From Acidimicrobiales bacterium (lineage in GTDB: Bacteria; Actinomycetota; Acidimicrobiia; Acidimicrobiales; CATQHL01), in NCBI GenBank assembly GCA_965204655.1, contig OZ241998.1, positions 224,464-288,463 on the forward strand: a stretch of 64,000 nt of DNA, given 5' to 3'. Shown in pieces: positions 18,826 through 29,227 of this stretch. Numbering within the stretch: the first letter of the stretch is position 1; each line of letters opens with the position of its first letter. The notes beneath the pieces were generated by a model, which made no database searches, was not told the origin of the DNA, and worked only from the letters and a program-made list of their open reading frames with translations. Both the position numbers and the translations under genes were made by a program.

Positions 18826-19356
18826 GTGAATCGCAGGAAGGTCAAGATCGCTCTGAGAGCGGCTGCCGTGGTGCTTGCGGTGGGCGTGCTTCAGATGGGG
18901 TTTTTCAATGAACTGACGGTTGATGGCCGTGTGTGTGAACCGCTGCTCACGTTTTCGGTGGCCTGCGGTCTGAAGGTTGGGGCGAGAAGGGGCCTGATCA
19001 TCGGCCTGTTCGCGGGATTGCTCTACGACGTGCTGTCGGGCCTCCCGCTCGGATTGGCGACGTTCGCCTACACGTTCATAGCGATAGTTGCAGGCTGGGT
19101 GGGGGAGTACGTGTCAAGAATCTGGTGGGGGCTGACGCCGCCTTTGGTTACCCTCGGCTTGTTTTTCTACGTACTCATAGGAGAGATCTTCGGCGAGGAA
19201 CAGTTTTTCAACTCACGCCTCCCTGCGACGCTCGCTGTGGCAGCTGTCGGTGGTGCTATTCTTGCTCCAGGGATGTACTGGTTGTCCGGCTGGATGTGGG
19301 ATCAGCCCAGTCTCGGTAAATCCGGTTCGCAATCCCCCCATTCGTCAAGGGCATGA
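18826..19356 (+). CDS. mreD: Rod shape-determining protein MreD (polytopic membrane protein)
   Basis: About 176 aa with 5 TM helices, between mreC and pbp2. Confidence 0.65.
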   Translation: MNRRKVKIALRAAAVVLAVGVLQMGFFNELTVDGRVCEPLLTFSVACGLKVGARRGLIIGLFAGLLYDVLSGLPLGLATFAYTFIAIVAGWVGEYVSRIWWGLTPPLVTLGLFFYVLIGEIFGEEQFFNSRLPATLAVAAVGGAILAPGMYWLSGWMWDQPSLGKSGSQSPHSSRA

Positions 19357-21485
19357 GCGAGATAGGAGAATCGGGGCGCTCCACGGGCGGGCGGCCCTCC
19401 GGCAAACGCCTCGACTGGAGGGGTTTGAGCGCTCTGCGCCTCAGTTCTCTCGGCATAGTCGCAATAGGGCTGCTTGCTGCTCTCCTTGTGCGTCTCTGGT
19501 ACCTCCAGGTGGTCGCGTCCGACCAACTGGCGGCAGAAGCCGTCGGCAACATCATCCGCACCGTCTACGAACCGGCCCCTAGAGGCCGAATCTATGACAC
19601 CAAAGGGCGCGAACTAGTGGGGAACAGGGTCGTAAACGTGGTCACTGTGGACGCTTTCGTTCTGCGGGACAGGCTCGGTGCCTCAGGGCGCGAGAAGTTA
19701 GCGCTGGACTTGGCGCGCCAGTTTTCCCGCTCCGGCGTGCTGACGAAGGCTGCAGCGCTGGAGGAGGAGATGGCCAACCCCGCCTACGGCCCGTTCGACA
19801 GCATCCCTCTGGCTTATGGGGTCTCTGACTCGTTCAAGGTCTTTCTCGCCGAACGGAACGAAGAGTTTCCCGGCATCGAAGTGGTGCAGCGCACGGTAAG
19901 GGTCTATCCCTACGGGAGCATTGCCTCCCACGTCTTGGGATACATCGACACCATCAACTCCGAAGAGTTGGAGGCCAGGGAAGATCACCGCAAGTTCTAT
20001 TCGGCGGTGGACGTGATCGGCAAGTCGGGTATCGAGCTTTCGTTCGAGGAGATCCTGCGCGGTGTGCCGGGCAAGCGGAGAATCGAAGTCGACAACGTTG
20101 GTGACGTCGTCCGGGAACTTGACTATTCGCTCCCCGAGCCGGGCACCGACGTCCAGCTGACCATCGACATTGATCTGCAGGCGCTCCTAGAAGACGAACT
20201 CAGGCGGGGGCTCTTTGAAGCCCGCGAACGGCAGGACGAGTCGGTGGAGGATAAGTTCGTAACCTTCAACGCGCCGGCGGGGGTGGGTGTGATCTTGAAT
20301 CCGCAGAACGGCGACGTTCTAGCGATGGCCTCCTATCCCGCCTACGACCCTCGGGAGTTCATAGGAGGGATCAGCGAAGCGAGGTTTCAGGCGCTTGTCG
20401 CCTCGGAAGCCCACGCCCCGCTGAACAATCGCGCCATCCAAGGCGTCTACTCGCCCGGCTCGACGATGAAGCCCATCACTGCGTACGGCGCTCTGTCGAC
20501 GGGGATGATCGGCCCCAATGGATTCTTGCGCGTGGATCAGACCACGCCGGATCTCGGTTATCACGTGCTCGGCGACTGCACTGGGCGCTGCGAGTTCACC
20601 AACCCTGACAGGGCGCCCAACGGAGACGTCGACCTGAGGGTGTCCATCACGGTTTCGAGCGACGTTTACTATTACAAACTCGCCGAGCAGTTCTCCATAC
20701 GCAAAGGTTTTGAAGAGGATCAGGTTCAGCAGACGGCTCGTCAGTTCGGTTTCGGCATGCGAACGGGGATTGCGCTGCCGTACGAAAACGCCGGAATCGT
20801 GCCCGACTCGGAAATAAAACGCGAGCGCCATGAGGCCAATCCAGAGGCGTTTCCCGACCCTGAATGGCGCGCAGGCGACACGCTCAACATCTCCATCGGC
20901 CAGGGCGACCTGGGGGTGAATCCCCTGCAGTTGGCAAACGCTTTCACCGCCTTTGCCAACGGCGGGACGATCTATCAGCCCAACATTGCGCGTGCTACCT
21001 ACGATCCGGTGCGCGGCGAGCCTTCCAACGTCATCGGAAGCCGAGTCTCCTCTTGCGTCTACATGCCGAGCAGCTTTAGCGACCCCATCACCGACGGGAT
21101 GATCGGCGCCATCACCTTGCGCACCAGCGAGCGCATTGGTACCGCCGAGAAGGCGTTCTCGGGCTTTCCTCATGAAGCGTGGCCGGTGGCCGGCAAGACC
21201 GGAACGGTGGAAGTCTCCGGAGGCAAGTCCGACACGGCGGCGTTCGTCGGGTACGGCCCCGTGCCGCGAGCTCAGTACTTGGTGGCCGTCCTGCTTGAGG
21301 AGGCTGGTTTCGGTGGTGAGGCGGCTGCCCCGGTGGTGAGGCGTGTCCTTGAACCCTTGGCTAGAGGGACGCTGCCGGAGGTCAAAGCCGAGATGGAGCG
21401 TCTGGACATGAGCGATCCCCTCCTGGAGGTTCCGCCTCCGGCTGTTTGCCCGGGGGACAGGGGTTTGCTTAGCAGGACGAGGTGA
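19353..21485 (+). CDS. mrdA: Penicillin-binding protein 2 (elongasome transpeptidase)
   Basis: PBP dimerisation domain plus transpeptidase motifs STMK, SxN (SSD), KTGT. Context mreBCD-pbp2-rodA. Confidence 0.85.
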   Translation: MSEIGESGRSTGGRPSGKRLDWRGLSALRLSSLGIVAIGLLAALLVRLWYLQVVASDQLAAEAVGNIIRTVYEPAPRGRIYDTKGRELVGNRVVNVVTVDAFVLRDRLGASGREKLALDLARQFSRSGVLTKAAALEEEMANPAYGPFDSIPLAYGVSDSFKVFLAERNEEFPGIEVVQRTVRVYPYGSIASHVLGYIDTINSEELEAREDHRKFYSAVDVIGKSGIELSFEEILRGVPGKRRIEVDNVGDVVRELDYSLPEPGTDVQLTIDIDLQALLEDELRRGLFEARERQDESVEDKFVTFNAPAGVGVILNPQNGDVLAMASYPAYDPREFIGGISEARFQALVASEAHAPLNNRAIQGVYSPGSTMKPITAYGALSTGMIGPNGFLRVDQTTPDLGYHVLGDCTGRCEFTNPDRAPNGDVDLRVSITVSSDVYYYKLAEQFSIRKGFEEDQVQQTARQFGFGMRTGIALPYENAGIVPDSEIKRERHEANPEAFPDPEWRAGDTLNISIGQGDLGVNPLQLANAFTAFANGGTIYQPNIARATYDPVRGEPSNVIGSRVSSCVYMPSSFSDPITDGMIGAITLRTSERIGTAEKAFSGFPHEAWPVAGKTGTVEVSGGKSDTAAFVGYGPVPRAQYLVAVLLEEAGFGGEAAAPVVRRVLEPLARGTLPEVKAEMERLDMSDPLLEVPPPAVCPGDRGLLSRTR

Positions 21486-22630
21486 AGATGCCGAAGACCG
21501 CCCAAAGTGTCAGGAAGATCAGAATTCCGTTCACCTTGACGCACTTCGACGCGCCCCTTCTGGTCTCTACGGGCGCTCTTTCCCTGCTGGGGCTGGCCGC
21601 AATCTTCAGTGCAACTCGGGGGATCGATCCTGAGGACTTCAACCGTTTCTACCTGAACCGCCAGGCCCTCTTTCTGGTGGTGGGCGCCGCTCTGCTGGTG
21701 GCCGTCGCTGGGGTTGACTACCGGAAACTGCGAGTGGCTGCGTGGCCGATCTATCTGGTGGGGATGGTCGTTCTGGGTCTTGTGCTTACGCCCCTCGGAG
21801 TGGAGAGGAACGGGTCGCAGGCTTGGTTCGTCATCGGCGACTACCAAATTCAGCCCTCTGAGATGGCGAAAGTGGTACTGATTTTCAACCTAGCGCACTT
21901 TCTGGCCCGCTGCGGAGGAGTGCTCTCCCTGCGTCAGTTCCTAGCGGCCTTGGCTATTACAGCGGGGCCGGTGGTTCTCATCGCCCTCCAGCCCGACCTG
22001 GGAACTGCGCTGGTCTACGCAGTCGTCTCCCTGGGGATGATGATCGTGTCGGGAGCGCAACTTCGGCACGTAGCGGTTCTTGCGGTTTTGGGCGTAACGA
22101 CGCTCGGGGTGATCCTCAACTCCGGCATCATCCGCGAGTATCAGAGGCAGAGATTGGTGTCGATCATCGATCCGCCGGAGGCGGGGGCGGGCGTCTTCAA
22201 CGTAGAGCAGTCTCAGATCGCCATCGGCAACGGCGGGCTCACTGGTCTGGGATACGGACAGGGCACTCAGACCCGCAGCGGTCTGGTGCCGGCGCAGGAG
22301 ACCGACTTCATCTTCACCGTGATCGGCGAAGACCTGGGTTTTGTCGGAAGCGCGACGGCGCTGGTCGTCATGACCTTGTTGATCTGGCGCATCTGGAGGA
22401 CGGCGCGCGTGGCGGGCGACCTCTTCGGCTGCCTGATCGCCGTGGGCGTCTTCTGCATGATCTTGTACCAGTCGTTTCAGGCTGCAGGAATGTCCGTGGG
22501 CATAATGCCCGTGATCGGGGTGCCTATGCCTTTGCTGTCCTACGGAGGTTCTTCCGCCTTGAGCACATTTCTTGCCCTTGGTTTGGTGTTCAACGTCTCC
22601 CTGCGTCGCGATCGACCGTTGGATGCCTGA
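21482..22630 (+). CDS. rodA: Peptidoglycan glycosyltransferase RodA (SEDS family)
   Basis: FtsW/RodA/SpoVE topology with conserved C-terminal PLLSYGGSS. Start overlaps the pbp2 stop. Confidence 0.85.
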   Translation: MKMPKTAQSVRKIRIPFTLTHFDAPLLVSTGALSLLGLAAIFSATRGIDPEDFNRFYLNRQALFLVVGAALLVAVAGVDYRKLRVAAWPIYLVGMVVLGLVLTPLGVERNGSQAWFVIGDYQIQPSEMAKVVLIFNLAHFLARCGGVLSLRQFLAALAITAGPVVLIALQPDLGTALVYAVVSLGMMIVSGAQLRHVAVLAVLGVTTLGVILNSGIIREYQRQRLVSIIDPPEAGAGVFNVEQSQIAIGNGGLTGLGYGQGTQTRSGLVPAQETDFIFTVIGEDLGFVGSATALVVMTLLIWRIWRTARVAGDLFGCLIAVGVFCMILYQSFQAAGMSVGIMPVIGVPMPLLSYGGSSALSTFLALGLVFNVSLRRDRPLDA

Positions 22631-22729
22631 GGCGGCTCTGGAGGGTTAGGGCGTCCGAGAAGGGGAGCTTGAGATACCCCTGGAGGGGGTTCGTTTCCGG
22701 CGAAGGGTGGGGTTCTGTAATCTGAAAGT

Positions 22730-24688
22730 ATGGAAAGCGTCTGGCCGCGCCTTGAACCTCTCCTGCCTCAGGTTCAGCGACCCGCCCGCTACATAGGCGG
22801 AGAGGAAGGATCTCGCCCGAGCGAATTCACTGCGGAGAAGGTGGCTTGGCTGCTCTGCTATCCAGACAGTTACGAGATCGGTTTTCCTAATCAGGGCCTG
22901 CAGATACTCTTTGAGATTCTGAACGAGCGTCCGGACGCCGTAGCGGAGCGGGCGTACGCCCCTTGGGTGGATCTTGAACTGCTTATGCGCATGGAGGGAA
23001 TCGGTCTCTTCTCGGTGGATAACCATCGGCCGGCCTCCGACTTCGACGTCCTCGGCTTTAACCTTGCCTCCGAACTGGTCTACACGAACGTCTTGAACCT
23101 CATAGATCTCGCTGGCGCTCCGGTGCGCTCGGCGGAACGCACCGAAGGCGACTTGCTGGTCTGCGCCGGAGGGCACTGCGCCTTTAACCCCGAACCCTTG
23201 GCGGACTTCGTGGACTTCTTCGCCCTAGGCGACGGGGAGGAAGTCGTGGGAGACATAACGGAAGTGCTCGTTGAGCATCGCAGCAGCACCAGGGAGGAGA
23301 CGCTGACAGCCCTGGCGGGAGTGGAGGGGATCTACGTCCCGTCCCTTTACGAACCCTCTTGCGACGGGGACACTCTCTCGGAGTTGCGACCTCGGCGTGC
23401 GGGAGTCCCGGCGAGGGTGGAGAAGCGGACGACGGCCTCCTTGGCTGACTGGCCGTACCCTCGGAAGCAGTTGGTGCCGCTCACCGAGGTGGTGCACGAC
23501 CGCCTGAACGTGGAAGTCTTTCGGGGCTGCACCCGAGGCTGCCGTTTTTGCCAGGCGGGGATGATCACCCGACCTGTGCGTGAGCGTCCAGCCGTTCAGG
23601 TACAGGACATGATCGACGACGGGATTCAACGAAGCGGCTACGACGAGGTGGCGCTCACGTCTCTGTCCACCGCCGACTACAGCGAAATCGGCGACCTCCT
23701 GGAGGCAGTGGTGTCGCCTCCGGACGCTGATGCGGGCTGCCCGGCGGTGGCGGTCTCACTCCCTTCTCTCCGGGTGGACGCTTTCACAGTGGGTCTGGCC
23801 GAGCGCATCCGGCAGGCGCGGCGTACCGGGCTCACCTTTGCCCCAGAAGCCGGTACTTGGCGGATGCGCAAGGTGATCAACAAACTCATAAGTTCTGAAG
23901 ACTTATACGCCGCCGTGGAGGGCGCCTATTCGCAGGGCTGGCGGCGGGTGAAGCTCTACTTCCTGATCGGGCTGCCCACGGAGACCGACGAAGACGTGCT
24001 GGCCATAGCCGACCTCGCCAAGCAGTGCGTAGAGGTGGGGGAGCGTTATGTGCGCGGGGCGACGGTCACCGTCTCCGTGGGCGGGTGCGTCCCGAAGCCG
24101 CAGACGCCTTTCCAGTGGTTCGGCCAGAACACCGTCGCCGAGTTACAAAGAAAGGTGAACCTGCTGCGCTCCGACCTGCGCGGCCATCGTCGGGTCAAGC
24201 TGAAGTGGCACGATCCCCAGGCGACACAAATAGAGGGTTTGCTGAGCCGGGGCGACCGCCGCATCGGCGGCGTGATTGAAGACGTCTGGAGGGCGGGCGG
24301 CACGTTTCAGGAGTGGTCGGAGCACTTCGACGTGAGCCTGTGGCATGCCGCCATGGGCAGACGCGGTCTGTCGATGGACGACTACGTCTACCGGCACCGC
24401 ACTCGCGAGGAGGTGCTTCCCTGGGCGCACCTTTCCGCCGGTCTGCACGAGGACTTCCTCTGGGGCGACTGGGAGGACGCCCTGGCGGCTTCGGGGGTGG
24501 AGGACTGCCGCTGGACTCCTTGCTACGACTGCGGCGCCTGCACCGGCTACGGGATTGAGCACGTCGTGGCGTCGAACGTCGCGCCGGCCGGGGGCAGCCA
24601 AGGCACAGGACAAGGCTTCGACTTGGCGCCCGCCGCCGCTCCGGTGCGTCTTCTGCCTAGGGCGGCGCAAGGTGAGCGGGTTCTGTGA
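22730..24688 (+). CDS. B12-binding-domain radical SAM protein of the TIGR03960-like family, function uncharacterised
   Basis: CxxxCxxC (CTRGCRFC) radical SAM core. Conserved partner DUF2344 lies immediately downstream. Located upstream of rne as in many Actinomycetota. Confidence 0.75.
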   Translation: MESVWPRLEPLLPQVQRPARYIGGEEGSRPSEFTAEKVAWLLCYPDSYEIGFPNQGLQILFEILNERPDAVAERAYAPWVDLELLMRMEGIGLFSVDNHRPASDFDVLGFNLASELVYTNVLNLIDLAGAPVRSAERTEGDLLVCAGGHCAFNPEPLADFVDFFALGDGEEVVGDITEVLVEHRSSTREETLTALAGVEGIYVPSLYEPSCDGDTLSELRPRRAGVPARVEKRTTASLADWPYPRKQLVPLTEVVHDRLNVEVFRGCTRGCRFCQAGMITRPVRERPAVQVQDMIDDGIQRSGYDEVALTSLSTADYSEIGDLLEAVVSPPDADAGCPAVAVSLPSLRVDAFTVGLAERIRQARRTGLTFAPEAGTWRMRKVINKLISSEDLYAAVEGAYSQGWRRVKLYFLIGLPTETDEDVLAIADLAKQCVEVGERYVRGATVTVSVGGCVPKPQTPFQWFGQNTVAELQRKVNLLRSDLRGHRRVKLKWHDPQATQIEGLLSRGDRRIGGVIEDVWRAGGTFQEWSEHFDVSLWHAAMGRRGLSMDDYVYRHRTREEVLPWAHLSAGLHEDFLWGDWEDALAASGVEDCRWTPCYDCGACTGYGIEHVVASNVAPAGGSQGTGQGFDLAPAAAPVRLLPRAAQGERVL

Positions 24689-25410
24689 AGTTGCGCATCC
24701 GTTGGGTCAAGGGGGGGCGCATACGTTTCATCAGCCATAGGGACGCCGCCCGCATCTGGGAACGCTCCCTGCGGCGGGCGCGTCTGCCGGTTGTCTATTC
24801 CCAGGGCTTTTCACCGAGGCCGCGCATGTCGTTCGGTCTGGCCTTGGCTACCGGCCAGGAATCCCTGGCCGAGTACCTAGACGTTGAGTTGTCTCTGGAT
24901 TTCGCCCATGATTCCGCCGACGCTGCTTTCTACGCCGCGGAACTGCCTGAGCGTCTTTCAGCCGTGCTGCCGACGGGGATGGACGCCGTGGCGGCTGCTC
25001 CGTTGGAGCCGGGTGCCGAATCCCTGCAGGAAGCGGTGAGCAGCTGCACTTGGGAGTTTGAGTTGGGAGTTCTGCCGTCCGAAGCGCTCGGGGTTTGGAA
25101 AGGGGAACTGGCTCGTCTTCAGGCGGCCTCTTCCCTGCCCATTCTGCGCGAACGCAAGGGGAAAACACGTGAAGCAGACGCAAGAGGCTGTATACTAAAC
25201 GCCGTATTGGCCGACGATTCGAAGGTGCCCAATCGAAGGGTGCCCAATCGATTGGTCGCCGAGTTGGGGACAAAGCCCCAGGCGTTGCGGCCGGATGAAT
25301 TTCTGGGCTTGCTAAATGTTCAGGTCGGCAAGACTCGCCTTATTAGGCGAACACATCAATGGATCACGCGGAACGGCGCAAAGTGCGAACCTCTACAAAT
25401 TGTCACTTAG
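24685..25410 (+). CDS. Radical-SAM-associated DUF2344 (TIGR03936-like) protein
   Basis: Conserved RFISHRD N-terminus. The stop-start region overlaps the upstream radical SAM gene. Contains a 15-bp tandem duplication (KVPNRRVPNR). Confidence 0.65.
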   Translation: MKLRIRWVKGGRIRFISHRDAARIWERSLRRARLPVVYSQGFSPRPRMSFGLALATGQESLAEYLDVELSLDFAHDSADAAFYAAELPERLSAVLPTGMDAVAAAPLEPGAESLQEAVSSCTWEFELGVLPSEALGVWKGELARLQAASSLPILRERKGKTREADARGCILNAVLADDSKVPNRRVPNRLVAELGTKPQALRPDEFLGLLNVQVGKTRLIRRTHQWITRNGAKCEPLQIVT

Positions 25411-25505
25411 CATCAGACGGTATACCCGGGCTCATACTCGGGGTTCGGCGAGTCGTTCCCGCCGCGCAGCAAGAGATTTGCGCATGATGAGAAGGGAACT
25501 CACTT

Positions 25506-27245
25506 GTGACTTTGCAATCAAACACCGGAAACACCGGTGGTCAGGCTAAAAAAACACGACAGTCGACTTCGGTCAAAAAGGGGAATCAGACTTCAGGACG
25601 AGACCAGCGGAGCAGGTCTCGAAAGGGTTCGGGCAGCGGGCGTCAGGACGGAGGCGGCAACACCTCCAGGAGGAGTGCTCCTTCCTTGAGATCGGGCGCC
25701 TCGGGCGCCTCGGCGTACGCCAAAAACCCCAAGAGCACCCCAAAAATCGGGGACTCCCGCCCGGCTTCCGACGTTCCGCAGAGCCGGCCGGATTCGCCGC
25801 GTAGCAGGAACTCCTCGGGCAGGAGTCGTCGCAGGGAACGCGAGCGTCAGCCGCTGCGTCCGGTGGAGGCCACGACTTTCACGGAGCCGATTGAAGTTGA
25901 CGAGGAGGCCTTGGCTCGCCGACGAGGCCGTTCCCGCAAGGGCCGTTTCGTCGGGCGTTACCTGATGGCCATCCATGTCTCGCCCGACGCCACCCATGTG
26001 GCGGTGATAGAGGGGCGTTCACTCATGGAGTACTACGTTTCGCGACCCGCGAACGACATCACGGAGATTCACGGGAACATCTACCTAGGGAAGGTCAAGA
26101 ACGTCCTGCCGGGCATGGAGGCCGCCTTCGTGGACATCGGCACTCCCAAGAACGGGATTATCTACAGCGGGGACGTCCTCTGGGATTCTGACGACCTCGA
26201 TAAGTCCTCCCGTGCCGACCGAATCGAGAAGGTGCTTAGCCAGAACCAACCCGTGCTGTGTCAGGTCAGCAAGAATCCGTTTGCTCACAAGGGGGCTCGT
26301 CTTACCCAGCAGGTTTCGTTGGCCGGACGCTACGTGGTGCTCATGCCGGATAACCCTTCCTACGGGATATCCAATCGGCTGCCGGATCGGGAGCGTCGCC
26401 GCCTGCGTCGAATACTCGAGAAGGTCAAGCCGGATGAGCACGGGATCATCGTGCGGACGGCAGCACAGGGCGTGACTTCTCAGGAGGTCACGCACGACGT
26501 GAAGCGCCTGCTTGCCCAGTGGGAGCAGATCAGCAGATTAGCGAAGCGTTCCAAAGCGCCGGCGTTGCTGTACCGCGAACCCGACATGGCCCTGAGGGTT
26601 ATCCGTGAGGAACTGAACTCCGACTACCGAAGCGTTCTGATTGACGACTGGGAACTCTTCAAGTCGGTGCGCGAATACGTGAAGAGCGTGGCCCCAGAAC
26701 TGGTCGAGCGCGTTGAGTACTACGACGATGAGGAGATGTCCTTGGGACTCTTCGAGCGCTACCACGTGTACAGCCAACTACGCAAGGCGGTGGACAAGAA
26801 GGTGATGCTTCCTTCGGGCGGCTCGCTGGTGATCGAACACACCGAAGCGTTAACGGTCATCGACGTGAACACTGCCCGTAACGTGGGGTCGACTAGTTTG
26901 CGACAGACGATCCTGGCCAACAACCTGGAGGCTGCCGAAGAGATTCCGCGACAGTTGCGCCTGCGCGACATAGGGGGGATCATCGTCGTGGACTTCGTGG
27001 ACATGGACGAAAAGGAAGACCGCAAGAAAGTGGTTGCTACGTTGAGGGAAGCGCTTTCGGCTCAGTCCACCCGAACCTGGGTCGGGGAGATCACCCCCCT
27101 GGGCTTGCTGGAGATCAGCAGGCGAAGGGTTGGCGAGGGTCTGCTCGAATCCCTCTCGCTGGTGTGCGACTCCTGCGACGGGTGGGGACGTGTACTGGAT
27201 GGTGATCCGTTGGGCATGAGGCCGATAGCCGCTAGCGTTGGTTGA
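25506..27245 (+). CDS. rne: RNase E/G-family ribonuclease with an Arg/Ser-rich disordered N-terminus
   Basis: S1 domain (GNIYLGKVKNVLPGMEAAFVDIG), DNase-I-like catalytic core (IVVDFVDM), Zn-link CDSCDG. Confidence 0.85.
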   Translation: MTLQSNTGNTGGQAKKTRQSTSVKKGNQTSGRDQRSRSRKGSGSGRQDGGGNTSRRSAPSLRSGASGASAYAKNPKSTPKIGDSRPASDVPQSRPDSPRSRNSSGRSRRRERERQPLRPVEATTFTEPIEVDEEALARRRGRSRKGRFVGRYLMAIHVSPDATHVAVIEGRSLMEYYVSRPANDITEIHGNIYLGKVKNVLPGMEAAFVDIGTPKNGIIYSGDVLWDSDDLDKSSRADRIEKVLSQNQPVLCQVSKNPFAHKGARLTQQVSLAGRYVVLMPDNPSYGISNRLPDRERRRLRRILEKVKPDEHGIIVRTAAQGVTSQEVTHDVKRLLAQWEQISRLAKRSKAPALLYREPDMALRVIREELNSDYRSVLIDDWELFKSVREYVKSVAPELVERVEYYDDEEMSLGLFERYHVYSQLRKAVDKKVMLPSGGSLVIEHTEALTVIDVNTARNVGSTSLRQTILANNLEAAEEIPRQLRLRDIGGIIVVDFVDMDEKEDRKKVVATLREALSAQSTRTWVGEITPLGLLEISRRRVGEGLLESLSLVCDSCDGWGRVLDGDPLGMRPIAASVG

Positions 27246-27556
27246 GTATGTATGCAGTGGTTGCCGCCGGGGGAAGACAGCACAAGGTGACGCTCGGCGA
27301 GGTCATCAGAACGGACCGTCTAGGGGAGCCGGGCAGTTCGGTCGCCCTGCGGCCGCTGCTCTTGGTGGACGGGGAGACAGTGCTGGCTTCACCCGAGGAA
27401 CTCTCTCCCGTGGAAGTGACCGGGGAGATACTCCGCGAAGCGCGGGGCGAGAAGATTACGGGCTTCAAGTACAAGTCGAAGAGCAATCAGCGGCGCCGCT
27501 GGGGTCACCGCCAGAGGCACTCCTTGGTTCGCATCACGAAAATCGATAGGAGTTAG
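27242..27556 (+). CDS. rplU: 50S ribosomal protein L21
   Basis: [15 protein letters not shown]-terminus. 104 aa. Confidence 0.9.
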   Translation: MSMYAVVAAGGRQHKVTLGEVIRTDRLGEPGSSVALRPLLLVDGETVLASPEELSPVEVTGEILREARGEKITGFKYKSKSNQRRRWGHRQRHSLVRITKIDRS

Positions 27557-27558
27557 CT

Positions 27559-27810
27559 GTGTCAAAGACAAAGGGCGGCGGATCAACCCGAAACGGCAGG
27601 GACTCGGCGTCCCAGCGGTTGGGGGTGAAGGTTTATGACGGAACGCAAATAAGGGCCGGAGCAATCATCGTGCGTCAGCGTGGGACGAAGTTCCATCCCG
27701 GCCGCAACGTGGGGCGCGGCAGCGACGACACCCTCTTTGCCACGGCAGACGGACGAGTCAAGTTCGGTTTTCGCAATCGCCGCAAACTCGTGGACGTAAT
27801 CACCGACTGA
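27559..27810 (+). CDS. rpmA: 50S ribosomal protein L27
   Basis: [12 protein letters not shown]...GTKFHPG motif. 83 aa. Confidence 0.9.
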   Translation: MSKTKGGGSTRNGRDSASQRLGVKVYDGTQIRAGAIIVRQRGTKFHPGRNVGRGSDDTLFATADGRVKFGFRNRRKLVDVITD

Positions 27811-27835
27811 ACTCCGCTTCACCTGTTCTTCGTCG

Positions 27836-29227
27836 GTGGGGCGCGCCCCCGGGCTGATTTTGACTCCGCCTAAAGGCGGCAGGGGAGAAGAGGCGGTGAG
27901 CGACAGGGTGTTCGAAAAAACTGGTTTCGTGGATGAATGCGCCATTTGCGTGCGCGGCGGCGACGGCGGGAGCGGCTGCGTATCGTTCCGGCGGGAAGCG
28001 CACGTAGACAGGGGCGGGCCGGATGGCGGCGACGGCGGGAGCGGCGGGGACGTCTGGCTAGTGGCCTGCGAAAGCGTGGCCTCTTTACTGGCGTTGGGGG
28101 ATCATCCCCATCGCCGGGCAGGCAACGGAGCGCACGGTTCCGGCGCAGGCAGGCGCGGTCGCAACGGAAAAGATAAGGAGGTTCCGGTTCCGGTCGGCAC
28201 GATCGTCTTCACGCCGCAAGGAGAGCGGCTGGCGGATCTTTCCGCTGCTGGTGAGCGCTGGTTGGCTGCGCCGGGCGGATCGGGCGGCAGAGGAAACGCC
28301 CGTTTCCTGAGCAACCGCCGCCGCGCCCCTAAGTTCGCCGAGCAGGGCGAGAAGGCGCAGGAGCGCTGGCTGCGTCTGGAGATGAAACTGCTGGCCGACG
28401 CGGCGCTGGTGGGTTTTCCCAACGCAGGCAAGAGCACGTTGATATCCCGCATATCCGCTTCCAAGGCTCGGGTGGCTGATTACCCCTTCACCACCCTGAT
28501 CCCCAATCTGGGGGTGGTCGTGACCGAAGAGGGTGAGGATTTCGTGGTGGCCGACGTGCCGGGCCTGATTGAAGGCGCAAGCGAGGGTAAGGGTCTGGGG
28601 CACCGCTTCCTGCGCCACGTGGAGCGTTCGTTGGTACTGGTGGTGCTGCTGGACATCTCCCCCGACGCCGAACTTCATCCAGAGAAGCAGTTGGACGTTC
28701 TGCTGGGGGAACTGTGCGCCTACCGCCCGGAGTTGCTGGACAGACGCCGTCTGGTGGTCGCCTCAAAAGTCGACGTCTCTTCGCCGCTGGACTGGGCGGA
28801 TATGAGCATTTCGGCAGTCACTGGGAGGGGCGTCAGGGAGTTCATCGGCAGGCTGACCGCACTAGTGAAGGATGCCCGTGAGGAACAAGGCGCTTCCGAT
28901 TCCACCCGGGGTGCTCCGTCAGTGGTGCATCCCGTGGTGCATCGCCCCCTTCCGAAGCATGCCCCCGAGATGGTGCGCTTAGAAAGAGAGGGTGAGGCAT
29001 GGCGGGTTCGGGGACGCCCCGCCGAACGGGCGGTTGCGCTTTCGGATCTCACCGACGCTGGAGCGATGACATACGTCCTTGAGCGTCTGCGAAACCTAGG
29101 GGTGGACAGGATGCTGTCAAGGGCAGCGGCGCGCACCGGAGACACAGTAAGGGTGGGGGAGGCCACCTTTGAGTATGTGGAGGACTCCCTAGCTGAGTCC
29201 TCTGGGGGAGGGGCATCAGAGTGCTAG
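27836..29227 (+). CDS. obg: GTPase Obg/CgtA with a C-terminal OCT domain. A GTG at 27896 is a plausible true start.
   Basis: Obg fold Gly-rich N-domain (FVDECAICVRGGDGGSGCVSFRRE). G1 GFPNAGKST, DVPG, SKVD. Confidence 0.9.
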   Translation: MGRAPGLILTPPKGGRGEEAVSDRVFEKTGFVDECAICVRGGDGGSGCVSFRREAHVDRGGPDGGDGGSGGDVWLVACESVASLLALGDHPHRRAGNGAHGSGAGRRGRNGKDKEVPVPVGTIVFTPQGERLADLSAAGERWLAAPGGSGGRGNARFLSNRRRAPKFAEQGEKAQERWLRLEMKLLADAALVGFPNAGKSTLISRISASKARVADYPFTTLIPNLGVVVTEEGEDFVVADVPGLIEGASEGKGLGHRFLRHVERSLVLVVLLDISPDAELHPEKQLDVLLGELCAYRPELLDRRRLVVASKVDVSSPLDWADMSISAVTGRGVREFIGRLTALVKDAREEQGASDSTRGAPSVVHPVVHRPLPKHAPEMVRLEREGEAWRVRGRPAERAVALSDLTDAGAMTYVLERLRNLGVDRMLSRAAARTGDTVRVGEATFEYVEDSLAESSGGGASEC

